A DNA stretch of 64,000 nucleotides from Chloroflexota bacterium (lineage in GTDB: Bacteria > Chloroflexota > Limnocylindria > Limnocylindrales > CSP1-4). The stretch spans positions 37,287-101,286 of the forward strand of contig JAZJZX010000014.1 in assembly GCA_040389445.1 (NCBI GenBank), in the 5' to 3' direction. Under the pieces are notes generated by a model that was not told the origin of the DNA, ran no database searches, and worked only from the letters and a program-made list of their open reading frames with translations. The translations under genes and the position numbers were made by a program. Below, one piece after another: positions 59,269 through 64,000 of this stretch; positions within the stretch are counted from its first letter, which is position 1; each line of letters begins with the position of its first letter.

Positions 59269-61611
59269 ATGACGACCCGTACGATGCCGCGCCCAGCCGT
59301 TTCGCCGGATCGGTCCGCCCCCGACGCACTCGTCATCGAGCGAGGGATGACGACGGCCGGCCGAGCCGTCGGCTTCCCCCGTCGCCGCGAGGGCCCGGCC
59401 AAGCTCACCGGCGCCGCGAAATACACGGACGATCTCGTCTTTCCGGGCGCCTGGTATGGCGCGACGATCCGATCCACCGAGCCGCGAGCCCGCCTCATCG
59501 CGATCGAACTGGATCCGGCGGTGGATTGGTCCCGGGTCGTGGTCGTGACCGCGGCCGACATTCCGGGCGAGAACCTCGTCAGCGCGATCAAGGAGGACCA
59601 GCCGGTCCTCGTTCCAGTCGGCGGCGAGATCCGGCACCATGCCGAGCCGGTGGCCCTCATCGCGGCTCCCGACCGCGAGACGATTCGACGCCTGCGCTCC
59701 CGCGTGCGGCTGGTGACCGAGCCGCTCCCGCCCGTCCTGGATCCGGAAGCGTCGGATCACGAATTTGCCAGCTACGAGATCGGCGGCGGTGCCCTCGAGG
59801 CCGGCTTCGCGGCCGCGGATGTCATCTTCGAGGGTGAATACCGGGTCGGTCACCAGGAGCAGCTGTACATCGAGAACAACGCCATGATCGCGGTGCCCGG
59901 CGAGGACGGCGAAATGGCGGTCCACGGATCCCTGCAATGCCCGTACTACGTGCACAAGGCGATGCGGAAGACACTCGGCCTGAGCGCCGCCCAGGCGCGG
60001 GTCATCCAGGCGGAGACCGGCGGCGGATTCGGGGGCAAGGAGGAATACCCCTCGATCATCGCGCTCCACGCCGCGCTGCTCGCCCGCAAGGCAGGCCGGC
60101 CGGTCCGGATGATCTACGACCGGCACGAGGATCTCGCCGCCACGACCAAGCGACATCCGGCCATCGTTCGGCACCGCACCGGCATCATGGCCGACGGCGC
60201 GCTCGTGGCCCAGGACATCGAGCTGATCATGGACGGTGGGGCGTACTGCACGCTGACGCCCGTCGTGCTGTCCCGAGGGGCGCTCCACTCCGGCGGCCCG
60301 TACCGTTGTCCCAATGTCCGGATTCGCGCCCGGGCCACGCGTACGAATACGCCCCCCAACGGCGCATTCCGCGGTTTCGGCGCCCCCCAGGTCGAGTTCG
60401 CGATGGAGACGCACCTGAACCGGATTGCCGAACGCCTCGGCATGAGCCCGGCCGAGATTCGGCGCCGCAACGCCTACGAGCTCAACGACGTCACGCCGAC
60501 CGGGCAGGTGCTCCGGGAGAGCGTCGCGGCCCAGGAGGTGCTCCGGGTCGCGGTCGAGGCGAGCGAATTCGAGCGCATCCGGCGGGCAACCGCCGCGGCC
60601 GCCGCGGCGCGCCGTGGCTCGGGGATGCTGCCGCCCGGCCGTCTCCGCTCCGGGTCGGCCGCAAGTGCCTCGGGGATCGGCCTCGCGCTTGCCTGGCACG
60701 GCGCCGGCTTCACCGGCTCGGGCGAAGTCCACATCGGCTCGGTTGCCTCGGTGGAACTGGCCGGGGACGGTCGCATCCGGGTCCTCATCGGATCGACGGA
60801 AATGGGACAGGGGACCAACACGATCTTCCCGCTGATGGTTGCCGGCGAGCTCGGCCTCCCGGCCGAGGTCGTCGACATGGCAGCGGTGGACACGGCGTTC
60901 GTGCCCGACAGCGGGCCCACGGTCGCGAGCCGGACCGCCATGGTCGTGGGCGGCCTGTGCATCGACGCCGCCCGTCGCCTTCGGGCCGAGGTCGAGGAGC
61001 GCAACGACGGACGCCCATTCGCGGAGGTCTACCGGTCCGACGCTGCGACGCACGGACCCACCCGGATCGACCAGACCTTCGAGCCGTATCCGGGGATCAG
61101 CTTCGACGATGCGACCTATCGAGGTGACGCCTACCCGGCGTTCGGATGGGCGGCGTGCGTGGCGTCCGTGGACGTGGATCTCGATACCGGCGAGGTCTCG
61201 GTCCGGGACGTCGTGGCCGTGGACGACGTCGGCCGGGTCATCCATCCGATCCTCTGCGAGGGCCAGGTCGAGGGCGGCACGCTCCAGGCCATCGGGTACG
61301 CCACGATCGAGGAGATCAAGCTGGACAACGGCCGCTACCTCAACGACCGCCTTGCGACGTACCTGATCCCGACTGCCCTCGATGCGCCGCGCATGACCAC
61401 GATTCTCGTCGAGGCCCCGTTCAGCGGCGCACCTCACGGCGCCAAGGGCGTCGGTGAACTGCCGATGGATGTCGGCGCGCCGGCTGTGATTGCCGCGATC
61501 CACGATGCCGTCGGCGTCTGGGTCACCGAGCTGCCGGCTACGCCCGAGCGAATCCTCGCCGCCATCGACGCGACCGGTGCCGGCGGCACTGGAGCCGAGG
61601 GCGTGGCGTGA
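59269..61611 (+). CDS. Xanthine dehydrogenase molybdopterin-binding subunit
   Basis: QEQLYIE, GGGFGGKE, AFRGFG, EMGQG, TVASR, GQVEGG, KGVGE; purine-cluster context. Confidence 0.92.
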   Translation: MTTRTMPRPAVSPDRSAPDALVIERGMTTAGRAVGFPRRREGPAKLTGAAKYTDDLVFPGAWYGATIRSTEPRARLIAIELDPAVDWSRVVVVTAADIPGENLVSAIKEDQPVLVPVGGEIRHHAEPVALIAAPDRETIRRLRSRVRLVTEPLPPVLDPEASDHEFASYEIGGGALEAGFAAADVIFEGEYRVGHQEQLYIENNAMIAVPGEDGEMAVHGSLQCPYYVHKAMRKTLGLSAAQARVIQAETGGGFGGKEEYPSIIALHAALLARKAGRPVRMIYDRHEDLAATTKRHPAIVRHRTGIMADGALVAQDIELIMDGGAYCTLTPVVLSRGALHSGGPYRCPNVRIRARATRTNTPPNGAFRGFGAPQVEFAMETHLNRIAERLGMSPAEIRRRNAYELNDVTPTGQVLRESVAAQEVLRVAVEASEFERIRRATAAAAAARRGSGMLPPGRLRSGSAASASGIGLALAWHGAGFTGSGEVHIGSVASVELAGDGRIRVLIGSTEMGQGTNTIFPLMVAGELGLPAEVVDMAAVDTAFVPDSGPTVASRTAMVVGGLCIDAARRLRAEVEERNDGRPFAEVYRSDAATHGPTRIDQTFEPYPGISFDDATYRGDAYPAFGWAACVASVDVDLDTGEVSVRDVVAVDDVGRVIHPILCEGQVEGGTLQAIGYATIEEIKLDNGRYLNDRLATYLIPTALDAPRMTTILVEAPFSGAPHGAKGVGELPMDVGAPAVIAAIHDAVGVWVTELPATPERILAAIDATGAGGTGAEGVA

Positions 61612-62084
61612 GCGCCATCCGGTTCCTGGTCAACGGCGCGCCCGCCGAGGTCGAGGTACCCGGCATGCGGCGCCTGCTGGACGTGCTTCGCGAGGAACTC
61701 GGACTCACCGGCACGAAGGAGGGCTGTGGCGAGGGCGAATGCGGGGCGTGTTCGGTCCTCCTCGACGGGCAACTCGTCGATGCCTGCCTCGTGCCGATGT
61801 CGCAGGTGGACGGGCGCATCGTCCGGACGGTCGAGGGCCTGTCGCTTGCCGCGCGCGAGCGGGGAGACCTCGACGCCCTCCAGGAGGCATTCCTCGAGTT
61901 TGGAGCGGCCCAGTGCGGAATCTGCACCCCGGGCATGCTGATGGCCGCCCGGGCCTATCTCGATGCCGGCGGGGGCCCGGACCATGATGCGATCCGGGAG
62001 AGCATCGCCGGAAACCTCTGCCGTTGTACCGGCTACCAGAAGATCGTCGAGGCGATCGCGGCGGTTGCCGCGGGGGACGTGTGA
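61608..62084 (+). CDS. Xanthine dehydrogenase [2Fe-2S] subunit
   Basis: GCGEGECGAC, QCGICTPG, GNLCRCTGY. Confidence 0.95.
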   Translation: MSAIRFLVNGAPAEVEVPGMRRLLDVLREELGLTGTKEGCGEGECGACSVLLDGQLVDACLVPMSQVDGRIVRTVEGLSLAARERGDLDALQEAFLEFGAAQCGICTPGMLMAARAYLDAGGGPDHDAIRESIAGNLCRCTGYQKIVEAIAAVAAGDV

Positions 62085-62296
62085 TGACGGACGAACACGG
62101 GCGCGTGCCGGATCCGGATGGCTCCAGCGCGGCAGAAGAAGAGCCGACGGCGCATGACGACCGGCTGGAGGACCGACCCGGGCGCGAGCCGGGCGAGATG
62201 GTCGTGGCCCTCTCCCCGCGTCAGATCATGGGCGGTTTCGCGGTACTCGCGGGTCTCATCATCATGCTCCGCCGTCGTCGACGGGACCGGGACTGA
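62084..62296 (+). CDS. Small tail-anchored membrane protein (70 aa)
   Basis: TGATG coupling; acidic N-terminus, TM helix IMGGFAVLAGLIIML, RRRRR stop-transfer. Confidence 0.7.
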   Translation: MTDEHGRVPDPDGSSAAEEEPTAHDDRLEDRPGREPGEMVVALSPRQIMGGFAVLAGLIIMLRRRRRDRD

Positions 62297-62298
62297 CC

Positions 62299-63156
62299 GT
62301 GCCCGCGGAGCCACCGATCGACGTGCCCGCCAGCCTGGCCGAAGCCTATGCCCTGCTGGCGTCCGGTCCGCGGGTGCCCATCGCGGGCGGCACGGACCTC
62401 ATGGTGCGGATCACCGGTGAGATCGGCCGGCCACCCGGGCGCCTGCTCGACATCTCCCGCCTGCGCGATCTCGAGGGCATCAGCCTGGAACCGGGCGCCC
62501 TCGTGTTGGGCGCGAGGACGACGTACGCGGAGATTCGCCGAGACGTGCTCTGCCAGGCGCACCTGCCGGCACTTGCCGAGGCGGCGGCGACGGTCGGGGC
62601 GGCGCAGATCCAGAATCGCGGCACCCTGGGCGGCAATATCGCCAATGCCTCGCCGGCCGGCGACACGCTCCCGGTGCTGCTGGCAGCTGACGCGGACATC
62701 GTGGTGGGAAGCGCCCGCGGGGAGCGGACCGTGGCCGCCGCGGCGTTCTTTCCTGCCTACCGTGCGACGGCCCTGCTCGAGGACGAGCTGATCCTCCGGA
62801 TCCGAATCCCGCTGTCACCGGGTCGGGAAGTGCGTTTCCGGAAGGTGGGCACGCGCCGGGCCCAGGCGATCTCCAAGGTCGTCATGAGCGTCGCCTGGCG
62901 CGGCCATGGTCATGCGAGTGGCTGGTCGGACGTCCGCGTGGCGCTCGGGTCGGTCGCGGCGACGCCCATCCGAGCCCGAGCCACCGAGGCCGCCCTCGAA
63001 GGCCAGCGGCCGACTCCCGAGGCAGCCGATCGCGCGGCCGAGGTTCTCGCGGCCGAGCTCGAGCCGATCGACGACGTCCGATCGACGGCCGAGTACCGAC
63101 GGACGGTCGCGGCCCGGATCCTCCATCGCATCCTGCGCGACGCCGGCGGGTGGTGA
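62299..63156 (+). CDS. Xanthine dehydrogenase FAD-binding subunit
   Basis: AGGTDL, QIQNRGTLGGNIANASPAGD, PIDDVRSTAEYR. Confidence 0.94.
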   Translation: MPAEPPIDVPASLAEAYALLASGPRVPIAGGTDLMVRITGEIGRPPGRLLDISRLRDLEGISLEPGALVLGARTTYAEIRRDVLCQAHLPALAEAAATVGAAQIQNRGTLGGNIANASPAGDTLPVLLAADADIVVGSARGERTVAAAAFFPAYRATALLEDELILRIRIPLSPGREVRFRKVGTRRAQAISKVVMSVAWRGHGHASGWSDVRVALGSVAATPIRARATEAALEGQRPTPEAADRAAEVLAAELEPIDDVRSTAEYRRTVAARILHRILRDAGGW

Positions 63157-63725
63157 GCACGGCGCTCGACCTGGACGCCCTGAATGCCGAGGACCCGGCC
63201 GCGTTCGTGACGGCCCTGGCGCCGCTCTTCGAAGGCGCACCGCGATTCCTCGGCCGTCTCGCGGCCCACCGACCCTTCGCGGACTGGCCGGCGCTCTTCG
63301 AGCGCGCCCGAGCGGTCGCGCATGCCATGCCCGAGGTTGAACAGGTGGAGCTCATCGACGCACACCCTCGACTCGGCGCGCCGGCGGCGAGCGTATCGGC
63401 GCTCTCCTTCCGGGAGCAGGGCTACGATCGCGACCGGCCGGCCGCTGTCGCCGCCGGGTCCCCGGCCGGTGCCGCCGCCGAGTCCCCGGCAGAGCTTGAG
63501 CGCGAACGGGTCGCCGCTGCCTTCGAGCGGCTCAATGCCGCCTACGAGGCACGGTTCGGCTTCCGGTACTGTGTCCACGTTGCCGGCCGACCTCGCGCCG
63601 AACTCTTGCCGGAGATGGAGGCGTCGCTCCAGGGTGCGCCCGATGCGGAGCGACACCGCGCCCTCGACGCCGTCGTGGATATCGCGATCGATCGGCTGTC
63701 GGTCGTTCTCGGGCCAATGAGATGA
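63153..63725 (+). CDS. uraD: OHCU decarboxylase
   Basis: LFE, AHPRLG, S..EQ, LN.AYE.RFGF.Y, IA..RL. Confidence 0.88.
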   Translation: MSTALDLDALNAEDPAAFVTALAPLFEGAPRFLGRLAAHRPFADWPALFERARAVAHAMPEVEQVELIDAHPRLGAPAASVSALSFREQGYDRDRPAAVAAGSPAGAAAESPAELERERVAAAFERLNAAYEARFGFRYCVHVAGRPRAELLPEMEASLQGAPDAERHRALDAVVDIAIDRLSVVLGPMR

Positions 63726-63739
63726 ACCAGGAGGATCCG

Positions 63740-64000
63740 GTGTACGAACTTGGGGCCAATCGATACGGGAAGTCGCGCATCCGGCTGGTAACCGTCGATC
63801 GCCGGACGGAGCGCCACGATCTGCGCGACCTGACGGTCGATGTGTCCCTGGAGGGTGACTTCACGGCGGCGCACGTGGACGGCGACAACGCCAACGTCGT
63901 CGCGACGGACACCATGAAGAACACCGTCTATGCGTTCGCCCGGGACCAGCCGACCGGGCCTCCAGAGGTATTCGGCCTCGCCATCGCGCGCCATTTTGCG
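63740..64000 (+). CDS. Urate oxidase (uricase), 5' partial; not in the ORF track
   Basis: AGGAGG RBS; LGANRYGKSRIRL, LEGDF, GDN..VVATDTMKNTVY; runs off the window end. Confidence 0.92.
   Translation, partial: MYELGANRYGKSRIRLVTVDRRTERHDLRDLTVDVSLEGDFTAAHVDGDNANVVATDTMKNTVYAFARDQPTGPPEVFGLAIARHFA

Noticed and set aside
57574-61503. 1309-aa ORF antisense to the deacylase and xdh genes
   Set aside because: Shadow ORF with no recognisable motifs.
59269-63156. Aerobic CO dehydrogenase (coxLMS)
   Set aside because: The active-site loop is AFRGFG, not AYxCSFR, and the context is purine catabolism.

Overview
A very GC-rich bacterial chromosome segment (about 70% GC by eye) carrying about 55 genes, with no recognisable prophage, IS or CRISPR array. 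The gene repertoire (PAC2, RibY-like binding protein, class II RNR, CcsA, many leaderless genes) suggests Chloroflexota, possibly Limnocylindria; this is inference. Content includes two DEAD-box helicases, a SorC-family regulator/FGGY kinase/NitT-TauT ABC operon, nrdJ with NrdR boxes, ABC exporters, ccsA, add, pepA, glgC, pncB, tRNA-His, bioY, DUF4331/TPR genes and a purine catabolism cluster (guanine deaminase, xanthine dehydrogenase, OHCU decarboxylase, partial uricase). The best candidate for an undescribed system is at about 16.4-18.2 kb. A 40-aa gene missing from the ORF track (16402-16524, minus strand; MFRRIRTSRPIVVSWILGTALALLSAAAVFA/DGNGTPFAH) has its own near-consensus sigma70 promoter and RBS and is almost entirely a signal peptide plus a 9-aa tail. 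It lies divergent to an HTH-only gene and a 443-aa XRE-HTH-TPR regulator. This is the layout of an RRNPP-type peptide quorum-sensing cassette in a genome that does not look like a low-GC Bacillota. Other notable features: an EAL-TfoX_C fusion, a ~375-nt structured nrdJ leader, four DnaA-box-like sites phased at exactly 21 bp, a 13-codon translational-relay mini-ORF and pervasive leaderless promoters. All functional calls come from motifs read by eye; no database searches were run.
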